A stretch of 58,345 nt of DNA, the filler included, from Sphacelaria rigidula (lineage: Eukaryota), in the NCBI GenBank assembly GCA_964200075.2. It is 3 parts of 3 records of this genome, joined end to end, with 100 filler letters (N's around TTAATTAATTAA, not from the genome) between each part and the next. Parts side by side here need not be neighbours in the genome. Positions count along the whole stretch, not along the records: positions 1 to 19,388 come from CAXNAA020000676.1; 2 more parts are not named here. One strand, written 5' to 3'. The notes beneath the pieces are model-generated. The model was not told the DNA's origin. It did not search any database and worked only from the letters and a program-made list of their open reading frames with translations. Numbering within the stretch: the stretch's first letter is position 1; the number at the start of each line of letters is the position of its first letter. Both the position numbers and the translations under genes were made by a program. Positions 1-13,300 of the stretch are shown here, piece after piece.

Positions 1-73
1 CTCCGTCTCGAAAGGGATGCGTGGTCAATGGTCACACGACTAAAGCAAGCAACAAATGAGTACGCCCCCCCCC
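1..73 (+). repeat. Poly(C)-tailed micro-element, family A
   Basis: CTCCGTCTCGAAAGGGATGCGTGGTCAATGGTCACACGACTAAAGCAAGCAACAAATGAGTACG-(C)n; other copies at 8211, 18759, 18842, 21399. Confidence 0.85.
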
Positions 74-1821
74 CTCAACGGAGAGCATGGGGGTCAGCCT
101 GTGCCTCGTCTGTACTAAATTCGTCCTGATACTGATTTGAATCTCCATCTTGGTACGGCTTCACACGTGAACAAGGAGCGATGATTCCTGTGTAGCTAGC
201 GTGCGTCTCTTAATCAACCCTAAGAATACCCCCCCCTCCCTCCAAATGTTGGTGTTATGCCTATTCGTCATGACCAGCCGAATTCTGTCTTGGGGGTGTA
301 CGTGCACGCCAAACCTATTCTGGGAAGAGATCTCCACGAGCTCGAAGGTAATTTCCTCCTTGATCCAGATGATCTGCCTGGCGGCGGCGGCAGCGGCGGC
401 GGCGGAGCATCAGAATCTGGGGGTGGTGGTGGCAGAGGGGGCGGTGATATGGGCGGAGAGAGAGTGTTCTACGGGGATCCCGACTCGGGGGGCTCAGAGG
501 TATGTTTTGACGGGGTGATGGTTTATCCACGGTACCAATGCTACCTCGAATACATGTGTTCCTGCTTCTGCGTCGTCGACAAAGAAAAGAGCTATAAAAA
601 TAATAAGGTGGCCTAAAGAAGGGAGAAAAGAAAACAGTTCGAGCTGAGCCAGCCTCGAACGGTTCTAAGCTCTCGAAGCAATATCTCACGACACAGATGA
701 GTTGGGCCGTGATATACTGTATCGTATTAATCGTCTAATCAAGGGGAAGGTGCCCATTTGCTCAAAAATCTGGGCCAATATTTTCTCGTTGATTAAACCC
801 CATGTCTACAATAGTAATTCCTATACCGCACGGAGATATCGTCCACACTAAAATCTATATGAAACTTCGAACGATACATTCAGCCGATGATGATGGTTTT
901 TGGTCATTCCCTGGAGTACGGGGAGACGATATATACCCTCACTTTCACCTAATTCGTAATCTACTTCGAGATATGGCGCACATACTTTTCGATACTACAA
1001 TCAATATATTACGAGCAGAGGCACTAGATGTCCTAAATCTGGATATCGCGTCTCGGTTTTTGAGAGTTGTGCCATGAAATTTCGTATCGAGAACCGCCAA
1101 TGCATAATAAAATGAACAAAGGAGCTTTTTTCCTTTTTCTTTTCATGTTTTTAGTGGAGTTTTGAGGAGAAATGAACACTGCTCTGAGGCCTTATCTCAA
1201 TATTTGAGCAATTTTTTGGAATTATGATTTGAAACTCAGCATGGAGAACTATGAAGGTGTGTCGGAAAAAAAAATGGACCTTGATTTTTTTCTTGCATAG
1301 AGACTAGATCGTTCTCGTGAAAAAGTGATCTTTACCATACTAGAACGCCCTACACCAGCGAAAGAAAAAAAGTCAACCTGACCCACTGAGGCTTGTTGAT
1401 TATGCCCTAGCGAGGGCCCACACAAAATTTCAGTACTCAAACACCAAACGTGGGCCGAAGAGTGGCCTGCGAAATACTGCTCCGAATTTCTACCGACCCG
1501 GTACTTAAGAGGCGAATGCGCCGGCCAATATTTAGAGTTGGAGCGCAAATTTGATATATCAATTAGTGAATGAATGAATTAATTAATTAATTAATGTTTG
1601 TTGGGATATGTTGTTTTTTTTGGTTGGGAGTGGTTGGGGTCGGATTATTATTTTTGGAAAACGGGAACACGATGAAACACACACAAAATGGATCGAAAAA
1701 TAATTTTAAAACCCGGCAATTTTCGCAATCAGGCCAGCAGCCGGCGCAAATATTTCGTAAGAAAAGGAATGAGCAGACCAACGATCCTTCGCAGAAAAGA
1801 AACGTACGTTTTTTTTTCTTT

Positions 1822-2284
1822 TGTCAACCCCAGTGATATACGTTATCGTCCGTGATCGAGCGACCTATGGAGTTGGTGAGAACGGTTTTCCCATCAAAGG
1901 AGATCTCAAGGCACAGGGTTATAGATACCTCCAAGAAAGGCTCGACGGGGTCATACTTCCGTCTTTCCTGAATGCTGCCAGCCTGCGGCGCTGAAGACGC
2001 CAAGGAGGTCGCATCCGCTCTCAATAGCTTTATCGGAACTCGCATTCGATCTCAAGCTTTCAGCTTGAACCGTCCGGATGAAGCTCTTGGGACCGGATGC
2101 AACTGCCTTGGCGTCCTCAGCGTCACAGGCTAACAGCACCCAGGAAGACGGAAGAATGACCCCGTCGACCCCTTGTTGGAGGTACCTGCAAAACCCTGTG
2201 CCTTGAGGTCCCCTCTGACGGCAACACCGTTCTCAACCAGTACTCTGTACTCGGGACGGTTGATGGAAATCAGTGGGGCCGACA
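1822..2284. repeat. ~460-bp fold-back inverted repeat (long hairpin)
   Basis: Arms 1822-~2055 and ~2062-2284 are reverse complements, about 83% identical over the ~160-nt core I aligned by hand. Centre TCAAGCT-TTC-AGCTTGA; ends TGTC...GACA. Confidence 0.9.
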
Positions 2285-2539
2285 TAATATGTGCAGCATA
2301 GTTGATGCTGTGTTGTGGGTGCCAAAAAAATGATAGCCAAGGGGGTTGCGTGGTGGCAATACAGTTTGACATGTCGGTACGTCCGCCGATATTGATGAGA
2401 GATTGCGGGGCAGTTATCGGGATATTGGGATGGCATGCCGCCGAAACAACGAAGTGTGCCGATAGATTTTGAGGGAGGTTGCCAACCCATTTTGCCGAAC
2501 TTGGCCGATGAGATTGTGCGGTAGTAATATAATGATAAT

Positions 2540-3140
2540 AACGTACCGGTAGTGGTCGTGTAAATTTACGAATACGCCGTCGAGGACGTCGGGTGTTCGT
2601 GAAATTCGACGTATCAGAATCTGCACCAGGAAAGAGGTATATCCTACGTTCTTAACCCTTAGACCGCGAGGAGGGTAGTCCATCTGGACTTTGCATCCCT
2701 TTTAAAAGTGCAATTGATGCCGATTCAACAGATGACCTACTCTCGCTGTCCAGGGGTCAACTTATCAAATTATGAATTTTACAATTTCGCCAATTCTTCA
2801 ATCACACCGAACATATATTGGCAGTGGTGGTCGGGTAAAATCTGTCCGAAATAAGAGGGAAATACCACACATTACCAATTCGCCGACGAGGACGTCCCCG
2901 GTATCGGTGAAATTCAACGTGTCACAACCTGCACCATCAAAGAAGTAAATCGTACGTTGTTAACGTATCACGCCATGACTTCTACATTTTCGCCGATCAT
3001 ACCGAACGTACCGGCAGCGGTAGTCGGGTTATATCTGCCGGAAATAAGAGGGGGAAACTACCAATTCGCTGTCGAGGACGTCGGGTGTTTGTGAAATTCA
3101 AGGTATCAAAATCCGAAACAGTAAATATGTAAATCTTAGA
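2540..3140 (+). repeat. Degenerate tandem repeat, ~190-bp unit, ~3 copies
   Basis: Core CGCYGWCGAGGACGTC..GGT.T.GTGAAATTC at 2576, 2881 and 3067. Confidence 0.75.
2652..2760. mobile_element. piggyBac-like MITE (~108 bp), copy 1
   Basis: TTAA-CCCTTAGACCGCGAG left end; imperfect inverted right end CTCGCTGTCCAGGGG-TCAA; homologous copy at 36352-36458. Confidence 0.75.
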
Positions 3141-3525
3141 TTGAATCTGCCGGGTAAAATAATGATAAATTCGCCGATTTGCACGATGAGCACGAACGGG
3201 AAGGAAACAGACATCCCAACGCCCTTGGAATGGTGATAGAGGCGCGAAGTGATGAGGTATAACAAATTAGTGTTGGCGGCGGGAGATGGCCGTAGGGAAT
3301 TGTGGTCCAAGACGACGCACAGGGCGATACGATATGTGCTCACAGTGTCTACCTTGCTACCTTCGGGTCCCACCTTGGAAAAATCAGTGCATTAGGTCCG
3401 TAACCTGTGAAGGTGCATGGTACGAGGTCGCCGAGAGCAGGCGAGGTTTTGACGTACGTCTGAGAAACGCCAGTAGGATTTTGTTGGAACACCAATTAAA
3501 TTCAAAAACAGATTTTTCAGGACGA

Positions 3526-3730
3526 GGGGCGACAAGGTATGGTATGAACAATGCATAGGGCATGAAAAAAATTACGAAAGTGCCATATTTTCATCAGTTG
3601 AGGACAATAATTAGTTTTCAGGTATCAGTAAAATGCCCTTAACTCATGAACAAGAAAGAAAAACCTTTTGGTGCTTTCGTATTTTTTAATTTTATGCCCT
3701 ATGCATTGTCCATGCCAAATTTTACGCTCC
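3526..3730. repeat. Inverted repeat / MITE-like (~200 bp)
   Basis: ACAATGCATAGGGCAT..AAAA..TACGAAAG.RCCA at 3548 and its reverse complement ending at 3709. Confidence 0.7.
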
Positions 3731-6200
3731 AACTTGAGATATTGGCTGGCGCATGGGCTTGTAAACTTCACATTCGCCTCTAGGCTGGCCCAGCTGGTAG
3801 ATTTCCCACGTTATTTTGCTGGTCTAGTTTTCCTCACCAGTTATTCGAATATCAAGGACTAGGGCGGCGCGTGCACTGCGCTAGACAGGAGGTTTGGGTG
3901 GGTCCGACTCCCACACTTGTCTTGAGCAAAGCTTTTCGATCGCTCCAGGCGCCTACATGACTGCCGCGAGGAGGTCTAGCGGCGCTTCCGGGTGGTTGGC
4001 ACACGAATCCGCTCGCACGGTATTGATGGGTTGGGTTTCTTTCTTCCTTCAAGGAAAAAAAACAGTCAATCGCTAATACTTTTAAAGTAATTTAGTGTGG
4101 TCATCACAAAAGTTATTTTGTACAAGCTTGTTTTCAAGCTTGCCCTGAGGTGAAAGAAAAGACTCGAACGCGATGCGCCACCATGCAGTGTGCTTCAAAC
4201 GCTTACTCATTTTGCCTCATAACCCGGACTTGGAAACGCCTCTGTAGGACGACGACGGAGACGGCGATAGCGGCATGGACGCCGCCGGTGGCCTCGAGCG
4301 CCTGGTTGGCATCGTAGCATCCCGCGCCATGGCAAGTAGTAGTCCCGGGGACAACAGCGCACTGGCTCTGGGGAGCCGCGCGCGGGCGCACGCAGACGCA
4401 GTTGCCGCGCTGGAGCGCTGCTGCCGAAGTGACAGTGGTAGGGGCGGCAGCGGGGGGGGGGCGTCGGCGCTTGTGTCTACGGTGACCGCGTTCAATGTCA
4501 TTCACGTAGCGTGTCACCATGAGGCGGCGCGCGCGGACAGGAGTATGCGGGTGCCGAAGACGGAATGGGAAGGGGCGGCTTTGAGGAACTCGCGGGTGGC
4601 GTGTAATAGCTTGCTGCCATTGAGATCACCGACTACGTCGGAGGAGCGGTATCAGCTGGGGCTTGAGCGGCACATGGCCAATCTCAACGAGGTTAGTTTG
4701 GGGGGAAAGGGAGGATAGCCGCGTCAAATTGTGACAACGAGTACCGAAGAGGAGGGTTCTGTAAGGATACATTTTCTGCCGTGTCTGGTATGTCCGCGAG
4801 GACTGGAGAGAGCCACGTACTCTAACTTCTTTTTGGCCCATTTTGGCCCATTTTTGGCCCACGTATACCCTAATATTGACCAATTTTGAACGTTTTACGT
4901 CAAACGCTCGCGATTACATGTTGAAAATATGTTTGATGGGGCGTGCGTAGGTTAACGTCACGGAGATATCCAAAATCACTGGTTATTTTGCGATTTTCAC
5001 ATTTTTTTCACGTTTTTTTCACGTTTTTTTCACGTTTTTTCGCGATTTTTCGTGTTCCCGGATCCCCCATGCTTACTGGGAAAAAGAGTGAAAATTTGCC
5101 GTGTTTTGGCCGACCTACTTTTTCTCGACCGCGAGACTGCACGCGTCGAGCACCCACGTTGTAGAAAGAGCGTTGTTTTTTAGCAAAAAAAACGCCAACG
5201 AATGCAATAAACAAATAGAAAATCAAATCGGACACCGTCAAGGGCTCGTACTAAGATAGGTTTCCAGACTTATGAAATAGAGGAAGTATATGGGATGATG
5301 GGGCTTTACGCAACACTACTTTGTGAAAATATCGCTGAACTCCCCTTCGAAAACCCTTGAAAATGAAAGGAATGCCGAGTTTTTGGTCAAAACCTGCAGC
5401 GTAGACTTTCTTGGGATACAGATCACGTAGAAAAATACTTTCGTTATGTCGTCACACAAGTTAAGAAGTTGAATGGGTATACTTTCTCGGCGAGAGATAA
5501 TCTCCGCCACTGTACCCAAAACTATAACAGAGAGAACGAAGATATCGAGCCCTGAGTCACCGCTTGATGGGTTCGTGGTCGTAATCCATGACTGATCGAG
5601 GTGAAGTCTCTCGTGACTAGAGCAAGCGCACTGTGCGTTATCTCCAAAGCAATACATCCCAGACAATGGACGTGTCGGGAGGGATATAACAGGTTGCTGT
5701 TGCTGTTGCTGCCGTTCCCTTTCGGGGATGTGCCGTGTAACACGGTTATGATTCTGTAGAATTTGCTCAACAAAATATGTTGACAAAAACACCAGACATG
5801 AGTGATGCGACGCAGGCGACAACCAAGCGGGGTCACGTCAGAAAAATGAAACATGAAAACACCGTTTCCAGCGTTTTGCGGGAAACCCTGCTATATGCGG
5901 TTTGTCAGCTTTGACGTGGCAAAATTATGTTGTTCTGTGATCGATTACTCGAGCACACAAGAACTGAGCAGGTATACCTGCAGCCGTCGCGGGCTTTTCG
6001 TATGGAGTATTGGACCAACCGCTGAAGCTTCTTGTTGTACTCCCCATGACGGGGATATGCGGAATTTTCCAGGAGGGCATTCCACCTCGGCTCGTCCTGA
6101 ACAATCAGGGAAGAAACCAGAATTTTTATTCATCAATGCTCGGCATGACCCTTTAGTCATTCCGTTGACATCTCATGCTCCTCGTTAATATCAAGCACAG

Positions 6201-6354
6201 GTGTACTCCGTGGAAGATGGCAGCTACATCGATGGTTACTTAAACGCTACCTTCGACGGTAATTCGACCACGATTGCGGCAAACGCTACTGCTGAGGACA
6301 TGAGACTGGCACTCGAGAGCATCGGAAGTGGGAGTCTTTCCGTCACCAGATCAG
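6201..6354 (+). CDS. FN3/repeat protein exon (VYSVEDGSYIDG...ALESIGSGSLSVTRS)
   Basis: cacag| acceptor, |gttcgc donor, phase 0 to 1. Confidence 0.8.
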
Positions 6355-9300
6355 GTTCGCCCTTGTCATCGGTTTTGTCGCCATCGTGCCGTTGTGGTCT
6401 CCATACGGCGGGGATACCCCACGTGATGTGGTACAGTGTGACGTGACACAGGATTGTGACCGCGACATATCGAGAACTTGCAATACAAGTACACTTCCTT
6501 TAGTGCTGCTCGTGCTCTTGATTGGGGGTTGGAATGTGGCGATACACCACAACGCGATGGTTCTCATGAATCGTATGTCACAACATGGGATTCTGCGTAT
6601 TTTACAATGGACCGTGTCATGATTCGAATTCAGCGCCGTTCTTGTCTGCAATGGCATCCCAGTTCCTCCAGAATTCACGCCTTTCCATGAAACCTGCGCA
6701 AAGCAGTCGTCTCGTGTCTATATACAAAACTGCCCCCCTCCTCCCCCCTCGACAATGGCATGCATGATCATGAGTATACCCCCCCTTTCGATTGTGCGCT
6801 CAAGTCACCCATCCCCTGGAACGTCCCTTGTTCGTTGTGTCTCGGTACAAATTGGCCAACCCGCGCGCTTTCTGGCATTCTTCGATAGATCCCGACAACC
6901 AGCTAGGCTACTCGTGGACGGTGAGCGTACGCGCGTTCTTGGTTGTTGTACATTGAAAAGTAGACACATGGACACGCACACTGATGTTGTCGCAGGATGC
7001 ACTCTTGGTTTTTTTGGGCTCTTGTTGGTATCAATATTTTTTCCAACAGTGCGCAAACCACGAGCAGAATTCCGCGCAACAACAATGCTCCGACAGTATT
7101 TCCGATTTTAGTGCAGCAGTTATTCTTATGAGGAACCCGTGCAACAACGATGACTCCCTTAGGTAAGCGGTGTTGAGTGCGACCGCCGGGTGATGAGTTT
7201 TTGTGACCCAAAATGTATCACCCGGAGTTGGATGTTGAAGGGGTTATATATTAGGTACCCCGACATAGCTCTGTAAATACAAATATGGTCCCGCCAATAG
7301 CCTCTAAGTTACCACCCTGGGGTGTTTATAAGGGAGAATTTGGTTACATGTGTCGCGATATACTGTACCTGATGTGTTACCACGGCAGGAGTGAATACAT
7401 GTCTGTTTGGGGAGTGGGAAAGCTGCCCACCGCTCTGTGTGTTGTTGATCTTTCTAACTTTCGAGAAACAGCGTTCGCCTGACATGCAGTGACGCTTTCT
7501 TTGTTGCCCTCTGACTCCCGATTGGGCGTCACTGGGACTCAACAGGTACTTTTCCTGGAGTTGGAAGGAGATGTGGTGGCCATAGAGGCAGATGCGTCAA
7601 ACCTTACTGGCGACGGTAGTAACGTGACAGTACAAGAGGTGAGATACCTGCACCACTACGACACTGCAGTATGTTTTTGACAACAAAAGCCTCATTGTTA
7701 TGATGCCAAAGTGCTAACGAGGCTCGTCTTTATTCATTCCAAAACCCGTTGCAGTCTCCCCCGTCTTCTGGAAAAAATGACGTTTCGCCAGACTTCATGT
7801 TTATCTTTATCTAAACCAACCAACCCATGTCTTCACAATTTCCGACGGGTTACCCCTTTCACGATCGGACTGATACAGCTACGCTTGATGCCATTTCATT
7901 GAACTACAGATTGTCAACACATGTCAGAACATTGGTGCCATCACTGCGGTAGTGTGGATAATAGCCAGTAGCGTGCGTAGCATTTCATCTCTTTCGAATT
8001 TTAGGTACGTACGCCCTTTCGGACTGTGGCTCCTCGAACACTAAGTCACGAGCCCCGATACAGTTGGTTGTATGAAGCGAATATGAGCGGAAGGGTGCCC
8101 TGCGCGAAATCAGCATGTTCACCTAGATGCTAACTTCATTATGACCTGGCGATAAATTAATGTATCACTGCAAGCAACAACAATTGACTCCCCTACCCCC
8201 CCCCCCCCAACGACTAAGGCAAGCAACAAATGAGTACGCCCCCCCCCCCCCATCCCATATCATCGACGCAGCACTACACATTTTCGATGCCCTGGTCAGC
8301 TACTTGTATCTATCGTACACGTTCGCAGCCGTGCATGGCCGAGCATCCGTAGAATTTACATCCCCGCCCCCCCCCGCTTCGGAAAACAACAGATCCACTT
8401 CAGCCTAGACGAGGCATACAAAAGAGAGCAAGCTCCGTTCTTGACTACAAAGCGGTAGAGTATGAAGGTCGTAAGGAAACGGAAGTACATGTTTGCGTAG
8501 CGAGTGTAGGAACTACAGACCATTGCCTAATATGGACAGCCAGCAGACGAAAGTAATGTAAAATTGGCGGGGTGGGAAGCTTTACAAATCGAGAATAGTG
8601 TAAATGAAGTAGAAACAAAGTAAAGTAAGTAAAACAGCGAGAGTTCCAAAAAGAGATGGACAAAAATGCAGTGATATTGTCCGAGTTGTTCGAAAGCGTA
8701 GATACAGCTAATGCTGAAATAGAAAAGGATAGCGTAGGAGCGAAATTTATAAAAGGGTGGGAGCAACTGGTCAAGACCACAGCGAGTATAGGTCATGCGG
8801 AAGAAACAGGTTGTATGCAAAATAGCAGTGATTTGAGGGAATGAGGAAGTGGAGGAGGTTGTACGAGTAAGGAGAGAGACCGAAAGATGAACATCGAGTA
8901 AAACTCCGTTAGGGTGGGAGGAGTATTGTGAAGCTAGAAAAGAGGTGTAAAAGAAGATAGAGAAGAAAAAGAAGCGAGTGTGGGAAGATGCAGCTAAAAC
9001 AAGAGAAGATTTTGATGGCGAGATGAAGCAAATGTGGGTTGGGATAAAAGGGATACTAGACAACAGACAGGAAAGGTAGACAATGAGATAGCCACACTAA
9101 GAGCACGGAGCGGTAACATTGTTAGTTGTTGGAACGGGAAGAGATAAGTACAAGTGGAGCACGACCGAGGCTAGGAACACCAACAACTGACAGGAAATTC
9201 GACGCAGAATTCGAGAAAGAAACCAAAGCGTGGGCAAAGGCAAATATAGAGGCATCAACGTGGAAGATAGTGACTCAAAAGCATCACAGAGATAATTCAC

Positions 9301-10346
9301 AATAGAGGAAGTGAAGGAGTGAGTGGCTAGACTCAATATCAGGAGGCAGTAGGGGCAGATGAAATAGTGAAGTAATATATGAAGTACGCGGGAAAGGGAA
9401 TGGTTATTGTGATGGGAATGTTGTACAACTGGATACGAAAAAACGAGCACTATCCAAGAGGTGGAGAGACGGAGTAGCAGTAAATCTTTTCAAGAAAGCA
9501 GACACGGCTGACCCGGGGAATCATAGAGGAATAACGCTACTGAACATTGTGGGGAAATTATTTCGTAAGATTCTGAACGATAGGATGCGAACGATGCTAG
9601 AGAATGAAGATAATATTACCGAGGGCCAACCAGGTTTTAGACCAAGCCGTAGTTGCGTAGACCATGTGTACACATCAAGTAAGATCATTCATTCAATGAT
9701 GGAAAGACGCGGGTTTCCAACGTACTCTTTTTTTCTAGACGTACCGAAGGCATGTGACGGCATGGTTGAATGGGGTGTGGAAAACGTTTCGGGAAGCTGG
9801 GATAAGAGCAAAGACGTGGAAAAAGGTGAAAAATATGGCAGAATGTGCGAAAAGTGCTATGATGCAAGACGGGGAAATATCGAAATATTTAGATAGTTAC
9901 AAGGAGTTGCACAAGGATGTACGTCATCACCCAACTCATTCAAGGTATTTATTAGCGACGCGATAGTAGAAACAACAGCAGCATAGTAAGGAGTCAGGGT
10001 GGGGAAATACGCGGTATGGGGATCGATCTTCGCGGATGATTTTATGGGGATAAGAGACACTACAAGGATTGCGGAAACAAATAGAGAAGTCGCTAGAACA
10101 CATCACGGCGCTTCGCGCTTGGTGATTGCGATCCTGGTCCGGCGGAAACCCGGCGTGCTTGGTCCCGGTTTTGTAGGGATGCGAGGCCAATAGTCATATG
10201 ACTACGGCATGCGAAATTATGAGTACGCCCTCCCGCCCGCCGCTTCGAAGGTCTCTTGCTGGAGCCCGAGACTACGTCAATTACAGCTGTTCCGTAGCTA
10301 TCTCGCAAATTCCGATGTTCCTAACATTCGTGCCGTACCCATATTC

Positions 10347-10395
<49 letters not shown>

Positions 10396-13300
10396 GCTTA
10401 TATCAGGTCCGAAAGGGTACATGGCAAGAAATCCAGACCGTCGCTGTGACGGCAGCAAACGACACCGAGAACCCTGGAAACGCCACGTACTTTGTTCTGT
10501 CTTTTGGAGACGAGGTGAGCCATTCAACGGTGGCAGGGAGAAATAGAGGATATTAGAGTCCCAAACTTATCAGGACTGGATGACGTGTCCCCCCTCGCAG
10601 ATGACTTTTTTTCGATTCCTCGTCGAAGGTTTGTTCCCTTTTCCCCGACGGACCGCGCCCATGTTGGAAGATGACGTAGAAAGTAGAAAGTATCAGACGT
10701 GCGGGTCGTTGGCGGGATATTCGAGAACTTCCTTTCAGCTGTGAGTTGCTTTTCGAAGACGCAAAAATATAATGACCTCTGTCGGGTGGACCGTGGCTAA
10801 GATGAGCTCCGTTTTTCCCGCCCCTTCGAAGCACCGATGGCCTTACTTCTTTTGTATGATATTGTACCAGTCCAAACTAGTAGCAGTAGCAGTAGCAGTA
10901 GCAGTAGCATTAGTAACACTGTGCTGCAAGAAGATTTTCAAGCGATCGAGGATCGTAGAGGGTTGTCCATCATCCCCGGGCGGGCAGCTCAGTCCTCGAG
11001 AAACACATACAAAGTGCCCGTGGTATATCAATCCGTTCCGTTGAACTATTCAGGTAACTGGTCCCATCTTGGCCAATTCTAATGGCAGTTGTGAACCCGC
11101 CGCTTCTGAGGTGCAAATCATTTCTACGTCGACATCTGGTGAGAATCATTTTCGGCTGCGATCTTAACCCTGTATCGCTCGGTTTATGTCTACAATGCAA
11201 CAATGCTTGAGTGATATTCGGGATGCGGATAGAGCTACGCCCTTGTTGATGTATTACGGCGATACATCAGTCTCAGGACTCGTGTCGCGGCTAGGGCGAC
11301 GGTCGCGGTTCGGACAATGACTAAGATTGGGGTTCGCATGAAATTATCTCGTGGTTGTTGCAATCATTGGTAGCGCAATATCTTGCATACGTTCAAGCTA
11401 AGCCATACACGATCGATGTGTAAAGTGTGTAGTATGTATATTCGGTTGTCACGGCTGTCAGGCACTCGGAGGACAGTACGTGCCGTTGGCAGTAGACTTA
11501 CGCTTCCGTCACTTGCGCATGCCACCGGATTGGCCGCCGCCCCTTGACGGATAGGGTGGAGTTAAGGGTTCGAATACGGGCAGGGCAGAAAGGATTTGAG
11601 AATGAGGTGTATACGATTCAACTTGTTAAAATAGTAGGGGCGCGAGAAGCAAAGGAAACTTGACGCCGCGGTGCGGGAGTGCTAATTCATCCGCGATTCC
11701 ATAGTGTCACGCATGTGCCGGGGGAGAGATGAGTCAATGCCGTGGGACTGCGGACATTTTTTGAGGAAGAGTAGGGGTTGAAGGTTTTTATTAAATCGAT
11801 TGATTGGTTGGTTGATTGATCGTCGCACTTCGAAAGGGACCGAAGGTATGGTGAAAAATACACCAGCTAAAGGTACGAGGAAGAATACACCATGTCTGTG
11901 CAGTTCGGCGGTGGACAATGGCGAAAAAATTGGGAGTCAAGCCGTCACCCCGAGAAATGATGAAAACCTTCGGGAATCATTCTTCGTTTTTATTTTTTGT
12001 GTTCCTTAACAGATACAACTTCTGCAGGAGGTGACGCCCATGTTTCATACGGACTAACATTCCAACTAGTTTTCTACTCCAGAAATGGCGAGTCCACCTC
12101 CACGGACTCCATTGACGCCAATCCGTCGTTCGGTGATTGCTCCGAGCCCGCTAATTCTATCCAAGACGCCCTGTTGGAGGTAAGATATCATTTTGATTCT
12201 TGATACCATTTTCGATTGTCTTTGCATGTAGAATATTCACTATTTTTGCAGAAGCTACTCTTGCAAGGATATATAGTGGGGTCGTGAAGGCATCTGATAA
12301 GAAAATGTAGATGGAGATTCCGTCTTTATCGCCACCCACGGCACTATCGCGCACCTGTCCTTAAGTGGCTGTTTTGAAGCTAGTGATGCTACCCTAGAGC
12401 TTCTTTCGTAAATGATATACCAATTTAACTCTAGGTAAGCCACGTGCCCTCCACAAGCGGGTACAAAATACAACGATACCTGCAGTTTAGCTTGCGCTTT
12501 CCACTCTTTTCTATCAGACCTTACCTCAATCTTGGCATTGATACCGCTATCTCAAATGCGCAGGTGGATGGTGTGGACGGCGTTTCTGTGGGCTACAACA
12601 GTACTGGAACTGATGATTCATGCCAGTGGTTCGTCACGTTCACGGACATTCCCGGGAACGTCGACCAGGTATTGCTTATTCGACCAACGAATCGACCTCC
12701 TCGCTTGCGTTTTACAGCGGGAGCAGGTGTTACACAGCGGGACTGCTTGGGAGAGGCTGCACATTCGAAGCGCTGCTCATTGTTCAACGACGTGTACAAC
12801 TTTCAACGACGTGTAGACGGCTACGAAAGTTGGCAATCAAGTTGTAGAAGGACTTTTTCGATCGAAGGAGGAAAGCTATATTTTTGGGACATTACGCCCT
12901 CTCGATGTCTCACCCAGGTTACTCCCAAATATCCGATGTCCCACTCTCGGGCACGTTCGAGCCCTCTCGCATTCTCGAGTGGACATGTTCTTATTCGTGT
13001 GCAACAGAAACGTTCCCAGAAAACGTATTAAAATTTATGGAATTCGTTCACTTCTATATTCACGTTAGGGTCAAAGATTGACACTTGACGGACTATTAGT
13101 GTCTGCTAACAGACAACAATAACGCCGAAGCAATACCGTGCACGGAAGGTGTGGGCACATTTCCTAAAGAGAAGACTGCATTGTTGCTATTGCATGTCAA
13201 GTTTGGACACTTCTCGAAGGAGACAACTAGTTTGGCATAGACAGCGATGAGCATGTCTTCTCCTCGAACCGATATACTGGACCGTGCGAGAAGCTTGAAA

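Noticed and set aside
76-692. Gly/Ala-rich ORFs 201-518 and 257-616; possible solo LTR ending in ...CACGACA
   Set aside because: The ORFs arise from a GGC-rich tract with no domain or splice support. No matching TGTCG start or TSD is visible, so an LTR cannot be supported.
1578-1594. TTAATTAATTAA resembling the contig linker
   Set aside because: No flanking Ns; it is part of a natural (GAAT)/(TAAT) microsatellite.
4203-4718. GC-rich overlapping ORFs, possible transposase exon
   Set aside because: Open in several frames because of high GC content; no recognisable motif.
10090-10125. Helitron 3' end (GCGCGAAGCGC hairpin followed by CTAG on the minus strand) for family B
   Set aside because: The CTAG falls within the LINE reading frame (KQIEKSLE) and is absent at the 41523 copy, so the Helitron call is not supported.
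10198-10556. Poly-Cys, poly-Val and poly-Leu ORFs
   Set aside because: Translation of the (TGT)n microsatellite; only 10407-10514 is exon.
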